DNA of 64,000 bases from Anaerolineales bacterium. Lineage in GTDB: Bacteria > Chloroflexota > Anaerolineae > Anaerolineales > UBA4823. The translations under genes were made by a program, and so were the position numbers. This document shows positions 7,445 to 16,372 of this stretch, in pieces. The DNA is taken from assembly GCA_027494035.1 (NCBI GenBank), contig JAOSJQ010000001.1, forward strand, positions 3,040,796 through 3,104,795. Reading direction: 5' to 3'. The first letter of the stretch is position 1. Each line of letters starts with the position of its first letter. The notes beneath the pieces are model-generated. The model did not search any database. It saw only the letters and a program-made list of their open reading frames with translations, and was not told where the DNA came from.

Positions 7445-10204
7445 TTAATCCAGCGCTTCAACCCGCACTGCACAGATCTTGTATTCCGGGATCTTGGCAA
7501 CCGGATCGAGCGCCGCAATCGTCAACTCGTTGGCGGATGATTCAGGAAAGTGAAAGTTGGAGAAAATCATCCCCGTTGGAACCCGGTCAGTGATCCAGGC
7601 GTGGGCTTCAATGCTGCCCCGGCGTGAGCTGACGCGGACGCGGCGTTTGCCGTTCAGCCCCAGCATGCGCGCGTCCTCGGGATTAATCTCGATTTTTGCG
7701 TGACTGTAGATCTCGAGCAAGCCTGCGGATCTGCGGGTCATCTCGCCGCCGTGCCAGTGATACAGAACGCGCCCGGTGTTGAGCAGCATGGGATAAGCTT
7801 CGTCCGGCAGTTCGGCTGGCGGGACGTGCTCGACCGGCATGAAATGACCCTTGCCGCGCGTGAACTGTCCGACATGCAGGATCGGCGTGCCGGGGTGTTC
7901 GGCGTCTTTGACGGGCCAGTGCAGCCCGGCGGGGTCGCGTTCGAGGCGGGCGTGCGATACGCCAGCGTAGCTGGGTGTCAGCGCCGCCACCTCGTCCATG
8001 ATCTGGGAAGTGTTTTCGTATTCCCAGCCGGAATAGGGCGCGGGTTGAACCTGGCGCGCGCCCTGGGCGAGCACCCGGCGCGCGATTTCCGCGATGATCC
8101 ACCAATCCGGGCGCGCCTCTCCCGGCGGAGATATCGCCTGGTGGACCATCTGGACGCGGCGCTCGGTGTTGGTAAATGTGCCCGATTTTTCGGCGAAGCT
8201 TGCGCCAGGCAGCAAGATATCGGCATACGGCGAGGTCTCAGAGGGGAAGATCTCCTGCAGGATCACCAGGTCGCACTCTTCCATGCACTTGCGGATGTGG
8301 CTGCTGTTGGGGTCGCTCACTATCGGGTCTTCGCCCAGGACGTAGAGGGCGTGAATCTTGTCCTCTTCGATCCCAGGGATCATTTCGGTCACCGTCATTC
8401 CCACGGTTTGAGATAGCTGGGCGCCCCAGGCAGCTTCGAACTTCTCCCGGCTGGCGTCCAGTGTGACGTTCTGATACCCGGAATAGACGTTGGGCAGCCC
8501 GCCCATATCGCAGGCGCCCTGCACGTTGTTCTGACCGCGCAGAGGGTTGACGCCCCCGCCCGGAACTCCGAGGTTGCCCAGCATCATTTGTAGGTTTGCC
8601 AGGTCCATCACGTTGTTGACGCCGACGATGTGCTGGGTGATCCCCATTGCCCACATGACTGCCATAGGCTTGTTGGTCGCCAGGATCTCCGCCGCTTCGT
8701 AGAGCTTTTCGAGCGGGATGCCGGTGAGCTGCGCCACGTGCTCCGGAGTGTAGTGTTCGAGCGTTTGGCGCACTTCATCGAAGCCCTCGGTGCGGTTGAG
8801 GATAAAATCGCGATCCTCCCAGCCTTTTTCGAGGATGATGTTCATCAGCCCGTTGACCAGCGGGATATCGGTGCCCGGTCTGAGCTGTAAGTGCAGCGTC
8901 GCAAATTCGGTGATGTCGATTTTGCGCGGGTCCGCGACGACGAGCTTTACCCCGCGATGCATGACTGCCTGACGGATCATCGTGCCAAACACGGGATGTT
9001 GTTCAGTGGTGTTCGAGCCGATGATCAGCATTGCTTTCGCATGTGAAGCGATATCTGCCATCGTGTTGGTCATTGCGCCAGAGCCAAAGGAAGCCGCCAG
9101 ACCGGCGACCGTGCTGGAGTGTCAGAGACGGGCGCAGTGATCGATATTATTCGTGCCAATGACTTGCCGGGCAAACTTATTGAACAGATAATTTTCTTCG
9201 TTGAGGCATTTGGCTGAACACAATATCCCCAGGCTGTTTGAACCGTAGATATCGCGGCAGGCGCTCAGCTTTGCTGCGGTGAGGTCCAGCGCGGTATCCC
9301 AGTCCACCGTGACCCACTCGCCGCGACCCGGCGGGCGCGGCGTGCCATCTAAGAGATATTTGCGCACCTGCGGCTGGGTCAGGCGGTCGGGGTGATGGAT
9401 GAAATCGTATCCGTAACGTCCCTTGACGCAGAGGCGCATGCCGTTGACGGCGGCGTCGGAGTTGGAGGTGACCCGAATGACCTTGTCGTCTTTCACGTTG
9501 AGTTCGAGCTGGCATCCAACCCCGCAGTAGGTGCAGGTTGTAGTCACCTTGCGATCCGCCGCGCCGAGGTGCAGCGACATTTTGTTGTTGAGCGCGCCGG
9601 TGGGGCAGTACGCTACGCACGCGCCGCACGATTCGCAGCGCGCGTCCAGCATGGTGGTACCCGCCCCGGCGACCACCTGCGTGTGTGCGCCGCGCGCGGC
9701 CAGGCTCCAGACGAAGCGACCCTGCACATCAGCGCAGGCGCGAATACAGCGCGTGCACAGAATGCATTTATTCATATCCACCCAGACGAAGGGGTTGGGG
9801 TCGCTGTCGACGCGATAACGGGGCTGTTTTGCCATTGCCTGCTCAAGGTCGATGTGATAATGCTCAGCCCAATGCAGCAGTTCATTTGACCCGCCGAGCC
9901 CGTCTTCATAGCCTTGATCGTAATAATCCGACAGGAGCAATTCCAAGATGCCGCGGCGCGCTTCCGCCAGCGCCGGGTTTTCGGTAATCACTTCCATATC
10001 CTGGCTGACCGGCAGCGCGCAAGACGCCATGGGCAGGCGGTAGCCTTTCACTTCCACCACACACAAGCGGCAGCCACCGTAGGGCGTCAGATCGGGATGG
10101 TCGCACAGGGTTGGAATGGTGATGCCCGCAGCTTCCGCGGCGCGCAGGACGGTGGTGTTCTCTGGGACTTCAACGGTTTTACCGTCAATTTTCAAGGTTA
10201 TCAT
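7445..10204 (-). CDS. fdhA: formate dehydrogenase catalytic (alpha) subunit, selenocysteine-containing; single gene read through TGA at 9122..9124
   Basis: Track ORFs 9122..10204 and 7445..9073 are in the same frame. The junction reads ...[33 protein letters not shown]..., which matches the E. coli FdhF Sec site (CCARV-U-HGPSVAGL..[8 protein letters not shown]). The N-terminus has 2Fe-2S and 4Fe-4S Cys clusters, then TTCTYCGVGC (molybdopterin 4Fe-4S). The C-terminal half is a molybdopterin oxidoreductase. Confidence 0.9.
9093..9124 (-). promoter_or_regulatory. Sec codon (UGA 9124..9122) plus SECIS-like hairpin
   Basis: The mRNA reads UGA CAC UCC AGC ACG GUCGCC-GGUCU-GGCGGC. This is a 6-bp stem (one G-U pair) with a GGUCU loop starting 18 nt after the UGA. 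E. coli fdhF SECIS has the same loop sequence and spacing (..GUUGCA GGUCU GCAC..). Confidence 0.75.
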
Positions 10205-10271
10205 GTATCAGCGCTCCTTAATCATCTTTCATACCAGGGTATCAACCTCAATTTGTGTGAACAACGCGCGC

Positions 10272-11954
10272 TCACGCGGATGCCAGCGGCTGCATTTCCT
10301 CCGCCGCGGGGGCCTCGACCCGCATCGGGCAGACGCCGGTCGGACACACCCCCAACTGGATGTGGGCTTCCACTTCGGTCCTGAAGTGTTTGAGCATGTC
10401 ACGGATCGGCACTGCGGCGGTCTGACCCAAGCCGCAGTTTGAAAGCCTTACCATTTGATCCGCCAGCTTTAACAACTCGTCCAGGGCGTCAAGCTCCGCC
10501 TGTCCTTGAGTGATGCGCGTGAGAATTTCATAGCTGCGCTGGGTACCGATGCGGCAGGGGGTGCATTTGCCGCAGCTTTCAAAACGGAAGAAGTTGAGCA
10601 GCACTTTTACCAGGTCCACTACACAGGTGTTTTCGTCGGCGATCAGCAGCGCGCCCGAGCCGAGCGAAACGCCGGCTTTGCGCGTGGCTGCGAAATCCAG
10701 CGGCGTGTCTTGCAGGCTGGCGGGGATCAGCGAACCGCTCGAGCCTCCCGTCTGCGCCAATTTGAACGCTGCCCCGTTTTTCATCCCCTTGGCGTAGATG
10801 CTAATCGCTTCCCGGAGCGTAATCCCCATCGGGACTTCGAACACGCCGGTCAGGTTGACATTTCCGAAGATGGTGTAGACTTTCGTCCCCGGGCTGCTGG
10901 GGGTTCCAAATTTTTTGTACCATTCGCCGCTCCGCCGCAGGATCGGCGGAACGTTTGCCAGCGTCTCGACGTTGTTCACCAGCGTGGGGCAGCCCCACAG
11001 CCCATGCGTGGTAGGGTAGGGGGGACGCGAGCGCGGTTCGCCGCGCTTGCCTTCGATCGATTCGATCAGCGCGGTTTCCTCGCCGCAGACGTAAGCGCCG
11101 GCGCCGGAGTGGATGTGCAGGTGGAAGCTGAAATCCGTGCCCAGGATATGCTCGCCGAGCAAGCCCAACGCTTGCGCCTGCTCGATCGCCTTTTGGAAGC
11201 GCTGCTGCGCCAGTTGATACTCTCCCCGAATGTAGATAAAGCCTTCGTCAGCGCCGATTGCATAAGCCGCCAGCGCCATAGCTTCGACGATCGAATGGGG
11301 GTCGCTTTCCAGGATCACCCGGTCTTTGTAGGTGCCCGGTTCGCTTTCGTCGGCGTTGCAGATCACGTATTTTTTGCTCCCGGACGTGGAGGCGACGATC
11401 TCCCATTTTTTGCCCGTCGGAAAGCCCGCGCCGCCGCGCCCCTGTAAGCCTGAAATCGTCAGTTCTTCAATCACCTGGGCGGGCGTCATCTGCGTCAACG
11501 CTTTTGTCAGCGCTTGATAGCCGTCGTAGATGATGTAATCCTCGATGCTTTCCGGGTCGATCCGCCCGGCGCGTTCCAGCACAATGCGCTGCGCTGCCGG
11601 CAGCGCGCCGGAGCGCGCCGCCAGCCAGGCGATTCGTCCGGTGAGCTGGTGTTTTGGGACGATCATCTCCTCGATGACGCGACCCTGCGACAGATGTTCT
11701 TTCACGATCCGTCCGGCGTCCGCAGGATGGACGGGTCCATACACGACGGCTTCGGGGTAGATGATGACCAGCGGTAATAAGTTTTTGGCGCCCACGTCCA
11801 CAATCGTGTTGAGATCCACTTCGTTTGCCAACCCACAGCGGTCAATTTCAGTCCGAAGCGCTTGCAGCAGTTCCTGGCTGCCCAGCCGGCGGCTTTCCGA
11901 GTCGTCAGATACGAGAACCAGCGCACGTTTATTGATCACCTTTACCTCCATCAT
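10272..11954 (-). CDS. NAD(H)-binding flavoprotein subunit of formate dehydrogenase (NuoF/FdsB-like) with a Cys-less thioredoxin-like N-terminal domain
   Basis: 560 aa. GLQGRGGAGFPTGKKW (FMN/NADH site) and ESCGKCTPCR (4Fe-4S). Its start overlaps the upstream stop as ATGA (11951-11954). Confidence 0.9.
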   Translation of the reverse strand: MMEVKVINKRALVLVSDDSESRRLGSQELLQALRTEIDRCGLANEVDLNTIVDVGAKNLLPLVIIYPEAVVYGPVHPADAGRIVKEHLSQGRVIEEMIVPKHQLTGRIAWLAARSGALPAAQRIVLERAGRIDPESIEDYIIYDGYQALTKALTQMTPAQVIEELTISGLQGRGGAGFPTGKKWEIVASTSGSKKYVICNADESEPGTYKDRVILESDPHSIVEAMALAAYAIGADEGFIYIRGEYQLAQQRFQKAIEQAQALGLLGEHILGTDFSFHLHIHSGAGAYVCGEETALIESIEGKRGEPRSRPPYPTTHGLWGCPTLVNNVETLANVPPILRRSGEWYKKFGTPSSPGTKVYTIFGNVNLTGVFEVPMGITLREAISIYAKGMKNGAAFKLAQTGGSSGSLIPASLQDTPLDFAATRKAGVSLGSGALLIADENTCVVDLVKVLLNFFRFESCGKCTPCRIGTQRSYEILTRITQGQAELDALDELLKLADQMVRLSNCGLGQTAAVPIRDMLKHFRTEVEAHIQLGVCPTGVCPMRVEAPAAEEMQPLASA

Positions 11955-12448
11955 TCGTATCTCGACAGGATTTCCGGCAGCCGTTCGGGTGTGACATTGC
12001 CGTACATATCTTCGTCGATCACAACTACCGGTCCGACCCCGCAGGCGCCGAGGCAGCTAGTGGTCACCAGCGACCACTTTCCGTCGGGGCTGGTTTCGCC
12101 GGCGCTCAGCGAGAGCTGCTCCTGTAAAGCCTGCCAGACCGCCCTTCCGCCGGTCACGTGGCAGGGCGCGCTTTCGCAAAACAACACAATGTGCCGGCCG
12201 CGCGCTTTGAGCGACAGCATATGATAGAAAGACGCCAGCGAGAAGAGATGCCCCTCTTGAATGAGCCGGTCTCCGACCGGCGCGTTGAGATGCTTTTTGA
12301 TCTCGGTCAGCGCTTTGACCGGGATGTACCCATACTCCTGGTTGACCTCCAGCAAGATGGGGATAAGCGCATCGGGCGAAGTGCCGTGTTTTTCGATTGC
12401 CAGGCGCGCCATTTCTTTGTATCCGTTATCCGTTGTATGAGCGCTCAT
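11951..12448 (-). CDS. NuoE/FdsG-like [2Fe-2S] thioredoxin-like ferredoxin subunit
   Basis: 165 aa. CESAPCHVTGG ... CLGACGVGPVVVID, the NuoE 2Fe-2S ligand pattern. Confidence 0.85.
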   Translation of the reverse strand: MSAHTTDNGYKEMARLAIEKHGTSPDALIPILLEVNQEYGYIPVKALTEIKKHLNAPVGDRLIQEGHLFSLASFYHMLSLKARGRHIVLFCESAPCHVTGGRAVWQALQEQLSLSAGETSPDGKWSLVTTSCLGACGVGPVVVIDEDMYGNVTPERLPEILSRYE

Positions 12449-12481
12449 TTAGCCTCCTGAATGACCAAGTTTCCGCCGCGC

Positions 12482-12886
12482 CTAACCGAGTTGGGCGAGC
12501 AGCTGCTCGATCCGATATTCTTCCACAACCTTACCGCCCAGCAGGTGTTCGGTGAGGATGCGTTCGGCGACCGCCTCCGTCACCTTTCCGTACGTCACCT
12601 CCGGGTTGCCGCCGATTACGACCCGCACGATTGGCTCCAGCGAGTCGTAACCGATGTTTGCCGTCTGCTGGACGTGGACGTGCTCGAGTTTGCGCGCGGC
12701 GACGTAATCCAGGATCGTTTTCAGCGTCCTGGAAGCGCCTGAGGCGAGCGCGGGCGTGCTCAGATCGACGGTCATCCAGGCATCCCCGGTTTCTGCCTGG
12801 CGTTGTTTATTTTGCAGGGCTGCCTGACGCAATTGATCGAGGTCAGCCAGGGATTTTATCGTTGTCATTTCACACTCCGTGTTCAC
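12482..12886 (-). CDS. small thioredoxin-like-ferredoxin-fold protein lacking the Cys ligands (HndB / HymB-N-terminal-like)
   Basis: The pattern ...MTVDLSTPALASGASRTLKTILDYV...EPIVRVVIGGNPEVTYGKVTEAVAERILTEHLLGGKVVEEY resembles Trx-like 2Fe-2S domains, but the cluster cysteines are absent. The likely true start is ATG 12868 (MTTIKSL), which has GGAG 7 nt upstream. Confidence 0.5.
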   Translation of the reverse strand: MNTECEMTTIKSLADLDQLRQAALQNKQRQAETGDAWMTVDLSTPALASGASRTLKTILDYVAARKLEHVHVQQTANIGYDSLEPIVRVVIGGNPEVTYGKVTEAVAERILTEHLLGGKVVEEYRIEQLLAQLG

Positions 12887-13024
12887 CTAGATCAGATAAA
12901 CTGGATGATAAAGACTGCGCATAATAGAATTTGCCAGGAATAGTATAACCATTCCTGGCAATAATCCTATGTGCTAAATGTCACTATCTGGGTAGGGAGT
13001 TATCCAGATATCTGTGTGATGATC

Positions 13025-13873
13025 TTAATTGGATGCGGACGGGCTGGTTTGCCCGAGGCGAATTTCTATTCCAGCCGGATCGTTCATTGAGGGGAGGACG
13101 ATCCGCTCGGGATGGGCGTAGATCCTGAAGCGCTCGCGGCTGGCGTAGCCGATCAGCGTTATTCCGTGTTTCTCCGCCAGGGCAATCGAGAGCGAGCTGG
13201 GCGAGGTGCGCGACAGCACAATCTCTGCCCCGATGCGGTGCGCTTTTTGGAGCATTTCCGAGCTCACGCGCCCGGTGGTCAGCAGGATGCTTGGGTCGGG
13301 ATCGAGGTTGTCCAGCAGGCACTTGCCGGCAATTTTATCGAGAGTGTTGTGCCGCCCGATGTCTTCCGCCATGACGTTGAGACCTTTGTGGTTGGTCAGC
13401 ACCGAGGTGTGAACGCCGCCGGTTTTCTGGTACAGGTCCTGCGAAATAAGCAAACGGCTGACCAGTTCTCTAACCTGTCTGGCGTCCAGAAGCAGCCCGT
13501 TGTGCGGCTGGGTGAGCGCGGAAGGCGCCAGCAGATTTTCCGGCGATATGGAGGTCACGCCGCCGGTGCAGCCCGAGGTCTTGCGCCAGTTGTCGGGTTT
13601 TTCGACTGAATGATTGAGCCATACATCGATGTTATCGCCCGTGGGACACAGGCGTACGTCGGCAATCGCGCTGGTGGACTGGATCACCCCTTCGTTGTAG
13701 AGGAAGCCCACCGCGAGCGCCGGCAGATCTACGGGGGTGCACATAAACGTCAACCAGACTTCGCCATTTACCGTCAGGGAAACGGGCGTTTCCACGATGA
13801 TCTCGGCATGATGGATCGCCCATTTGTTGGCATCCACCAGTAAATAAGAGATAGGTTCGTTTGGGAGGGTCAT
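13025..13873 (-). CDS. fdhD: formate dehydrogenase accessory sulfurtransferase FdhD
   Basis: 282 aa. KTSGCTGG active-site loop and EDIGRHNTLDKIAGK (FdhD hallmark). Sits at the head of the fdh cluster. Confidence 0.9.
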   Translation of the reverse strand: MTLPNEPISYLLVDANKWAIHHAEIIVETPVSLTVNGEVWLTFMCTPVDLPALAVGFLYNEGVIQSTSAIADVRLCPTGDNIDVWLNHSVEKPDNWRKTSGCTGGVTSISPENLLAPSALTQPHNGLLLDARQVRELVSRLLISQDLYQKTGGVHTSVLTNHKGLNVMAEDIGRHNTLDKIAGKCLLDNLDPDPSILLTTGRVSSEMLQKAHRIGAEIVLSRTSPSSLSIALAEKHGITLIGYASRERFRIYAHPERIVLPSMNDPAGIEIRLGQTSPSASN

Positions 13874-14010
13874 TTCAATACCATTAGAGAGAATGTCGGT
13901 TCGATTCGTTTACTTCGCGTCTCGGGCTTATTGTAACCGGTTTCTGCAAATATGCAAAAGCCGTGGATTTGTTATAATCAGGGGGATAGATCACGCGTTG
14001 GGAGGCAGTT

Positions 14011-14814
14011 ATGAAGCGTTATTTTTTCAAACCGGGGACTAAGATTAACCTGGCTGATTGGGACCCGAACGAGACCGCCGAATTCGACGGCGGTAAGAAC
14101 GCCAGCAAGAACGCGTTGGAAAAATTAAACCAGGAGCTCGAGCCGCTGCAAGAGCTGCTCTACGCCGAGCACAAACACAAAGTGTTGGTGATCCTGCAAG
14201 GGATGGACACCTCCGGTAAGGACGGGGTGATTCGCCACGTATTTGAGGGCGTGAACCCGCAGGGGGTCAGGGTGGCGAGCTTCAAAGTGCCTACGCCGAT
14301 CGAGCTCGCGCACGATTATTTATGGCGCGTCCACCAGCAAACGCCTGGAAATGGCGAAATGGTGATCTTCAACCGCAGTCATTACGAAGACGTTCTGGTA
14401 GTGCGGGTGCATGAGTTGGTCCCGAAGTCCGTTTGGCAGAAACGATACCGCCAGATCAACGAGTTCGAGCGAATCCTGGCTGACGAAGGCACGTTGATCC
14501 TGAAGTTTTACCTGCACATCGATTTGGATGAACAGAAACGGCGGCTGCAAGCCCGGCTGGACGACTCACAAAAACAGTGGAAGTTCAGCGTTGGAGATCT
14601 CAAGGAGCGTCAGTTTTGGCCTCAATATACGCGGGCTTACGAGGAAGCCCTGACCCGCACCAACACGAGTTGGGCGCCCTGGGTGATCGTGCCGGCAAAC
14701 CGCAAGTGGTACCGCAACCTGGTGATCGGCACGATCCTGGTGAAAGCGCTGCAATCCTTGAAGATGAAGCTGCCCGCATTTGACGGAGACCCAAAAGAAA
14801 TCACGATCGAATAG
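14011..14814 (+). CDS. ppk2: polyphosphate kinase 2 family protein (polyphosphate:nucleotide phosphotransferase)
   Basis: 267 aa. Walker A VILQGMDTSGKDG and single-domain PPK2 length. GGGAGG lies upstream of ATG 14011. Confidence 0.85.
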   Translation: MKRYFFKPGTKINLADWDPNETAEFDGGKNASKNALEKLNQELEPLQELLYAEHKHKVLVILQGMDTSGKDGVIRHVFEGVNPQGVRVASFKVPTPIELAHDYLWRVHQQTPGNGEMVIFNRSHYEDVLVVRVHELVPKSVWQKRYRQINEFERILADEGTLILKFYLHIDLDEQKRRLQARLDDSQKQWKFSVGDLKERQFWPQYTRAYEEALTRTNTSWAPWVIVPANRKWYRNLVIGTILVKALQSLKMKLPAFDGDPKEITIE

Positions 14815-14834
14815 TCCGTGCATTCCCGCAAGCA

Positions 14835-14877
14835 TAAAAAAGCCGCCCGGCGAAGCGCGCTGGACGGCTTTTGGTTT
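14835..14877. terminator. bidirectional intrinsic terminator between convergent ppk2 and the 14897..16216 gene
   Basis: 12-bp stem agccgcccggcg (14841-52) / cgctggacggct (14858-69) with one mismatch. Flanked by AAAAAA upstream and TTTTGGTTT downstream. Confidence 0.75.
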
Positions 14878-14896
14878 CAGGGATGCGCACCCAGAC

Positions 14897-16216
14897 TCAG
14901 CGGATGACCCACCCGGCGATTTCGTCCACCGCGACCGAGAAGTTCGCGGCGGATTCGGCGCGGATCGCCAACCCATACAAACCGCCCGAATATGTCCCGT
15001 CGGTGAACGAATAGAGCAGGGTGTTGTTGGCGTAAAACTGGAACTCCGCGCCCACGGCTGAGATACCCATCACATTGGTCTGGTTGGCGCCGGGGTGGAT
15101 GGCGGGATTGGTGGTCCAGTTTTGGATGTTGTTGAAATTTCCGTTGTCCATGCGGTAGACGCGATATTTTCCATCGCAGGAGAAGCTGAACACATAGCCC
15201 GAATTGATATTTCCATCTGGCTTGGAGGGCGCTCGCACGAGCATCCCGTAGCCGTCTTTTCCGTTACAGATGCTGCCTGGCATGAAGATCGTCTGCAGAT
15301 AGAAGTTATCCAGGAAGGAAGCCTGAGCAACCCGCCACTGGTCGCCGGTCGGTTTGAGCGCCGTGATCACCAGCTTCCCGTCTGCGATGTTGTAATTCAT
15401 GCCCGAGTCGGTGCCCAGGAAGAACGGACTGCGATCCGAGCCAAAGCCCACGGTCCAAGAAGGGTCGCCGAGGTTCTGCGGGCGGCTGACCGATGGCGAA
15501 CCGGCGGTCGGGTTGACGGTGGGGTTGGCGCCCTGAACGACCTGGATTTTGACCCAAAAAGGCGTTTTGGCGTCGCTGCCCAGCCCGAACTCGACGCCGT
15601 CGGTCGAGCGCAGCATCCAATCGCCCTGGAAGACGCCGGGGTTGGCGGGCGCTGTTTGGGGCAGAAAGATCTGCAGGGTATTTCCGGGCGGCACGGTCTG
15701 ACCGATGGGAACCGGGCTGGTACCGGACATCCGCTCGCCCCCGATGGAGACCAGCGAATAGGCGGGGTTCCAAACGCAGGTGCCGACGTTGCGCAGCGTC
15801 CAGGTCTTGATAAATTCCTGGTTGGGACCGAAGATCGAGAGATCCGGCACGGTTTCCTCTACCAGTTTTGCCAGATTAACGCAGCCGGGCAGGCTGGTCG
15901 CCGGCGGGGTGACGATCGTCGCTGCCTCGGTAGGGGCGGGGGTTGGCTGAACCTCGCTGGGCGGGACGGGGGTTGCTTCCGCGGTCGGGATTGCGGTGGC
16001 AGGCGGAACCTCCGTGGGCGCCGGCTGGGCGGTGGCGGTCAAGAATAGGTTGACCGCCATGGCGGTTTTGGTCTGGGCGACGATGGTATCCAGGTCGGGT
16101 CCGGCGGGTTTGCCGGGCAGGTTGCACGCAGAAAGGAGGATTGCGGCGAGAAGCAGGGTCGCAAGCGCTGACGCAAGCGGTTTGGGATTTATATGGGGTC
16201 TCATCAGTCTCTCCAT
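14897..16216 (-). CDS. secreted lipoprotein: NBR1-FW domain (paralog 5) fused to a C-terminal concanavalin/LamG-like (DUF1080-like) domain
   Basis: Lipobox AAILLSACN and a PT linker, then CVNLAKLVEETVPDLSIFGPNQEFIKTWTLRNVGTCVWNPAYSLVS...VPPGNTLQIFLPQTAPANPGVFQGDWMLRSTDGVEFG. The C-terminal ~190 aa (..GYGMLVRA..GYVFSFSCDGKYRVYR..GLYGLAIRAES..) looks like a jelly-roll lectin fold. The likely start is ATG 16204 (MRPHIN), preceded by GGAGAG. Confidence 0.75.
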   Translation of the reverse strand: MERLMRPHINPKPLASALATLLLAAILLSACNLPGKPAGPDLDTIVAQTKTAMAVNLFLTATAQPAPTEVPPATAIPTAEATPVPPSEVQPTPAPTEAATIVTPPATSLPGCVNLAKLVEETVPDLSIFGPNQEFIKTWTLRNVGTCVWNPAYSLVSIGGERMSGTSPVPIGQTVPPGNTLQIFLPQTAPANPGVFQGDWMLRSTDGVEFGLGSDAKTPFWVKIQVVQGANPTVNPTAGSPSVSRPQNLGDPSWTVGFGSDRSPFFLGTDSGMNYNIADGKLVITALKPTGDQWRVAQASFLDNFYLQTIFMPGSICNGKDGYGMLVRAPSKPDGNINSGYVFSFSCDGKYRVYRMDNGNFNNIQNWTTNPAIHPGANQTNVMGISAVGAEFQFYANNTLLYSFTDGTYSGGLYGLAIRAESAANFSVAVDEIAGWVIR

Positions 16217-16264
16217 TTTTTCTTGCTTTATTTATTGCAACGAGACAGCTCGAACAGCCGAAAT

Positions 16265-16320
16265 GCAGCGCATTGAAATAGGCGCACTTTAGTGCAGCGC
16301 ACTTCGATGCGGCGCATTTT
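16265..16320. repeat. four direct repeats containing GCGCA at 14-15 bp spacing, in the promoter region of the 14897..16216 gene
   Basis: gcagcgcatt (16268), ggcgcacttt (16282), gcagcgcactt (16297), gcggcgcatttt (16312). On the minus strand these read AA(G)TGCGCY and lie about 50-110 nt upstream of the start codon. Confidence 0.6.
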
Positions 16321-16372
16321 GTTGAGGGTAAGACGCCGAACGAGCTTGCCGGGTTCCGCGCTCGACGGCGGC

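Noticed and set aside
9074-9121. The 48-nt 'gap' between two FDH ORFs, read as evidence of a split gene or pseudogene.
   Set aside because: The two ORFs share a frame. The gap codons encode the conserved [16 protein letters not shown] segment, and the stop is a TGA at the canonical Sec position with a SECIS-like hairpin.
12869-13024. A Moco riboswitch or sigma-54 promoter in the spacer inside the fdh cluster.
   Set aside because: I could not find the conserved Moco-motif core sequences. The TGGCA...TGC spacing (15 nt from GG to GC) does not fit the -24/-12 geometry.
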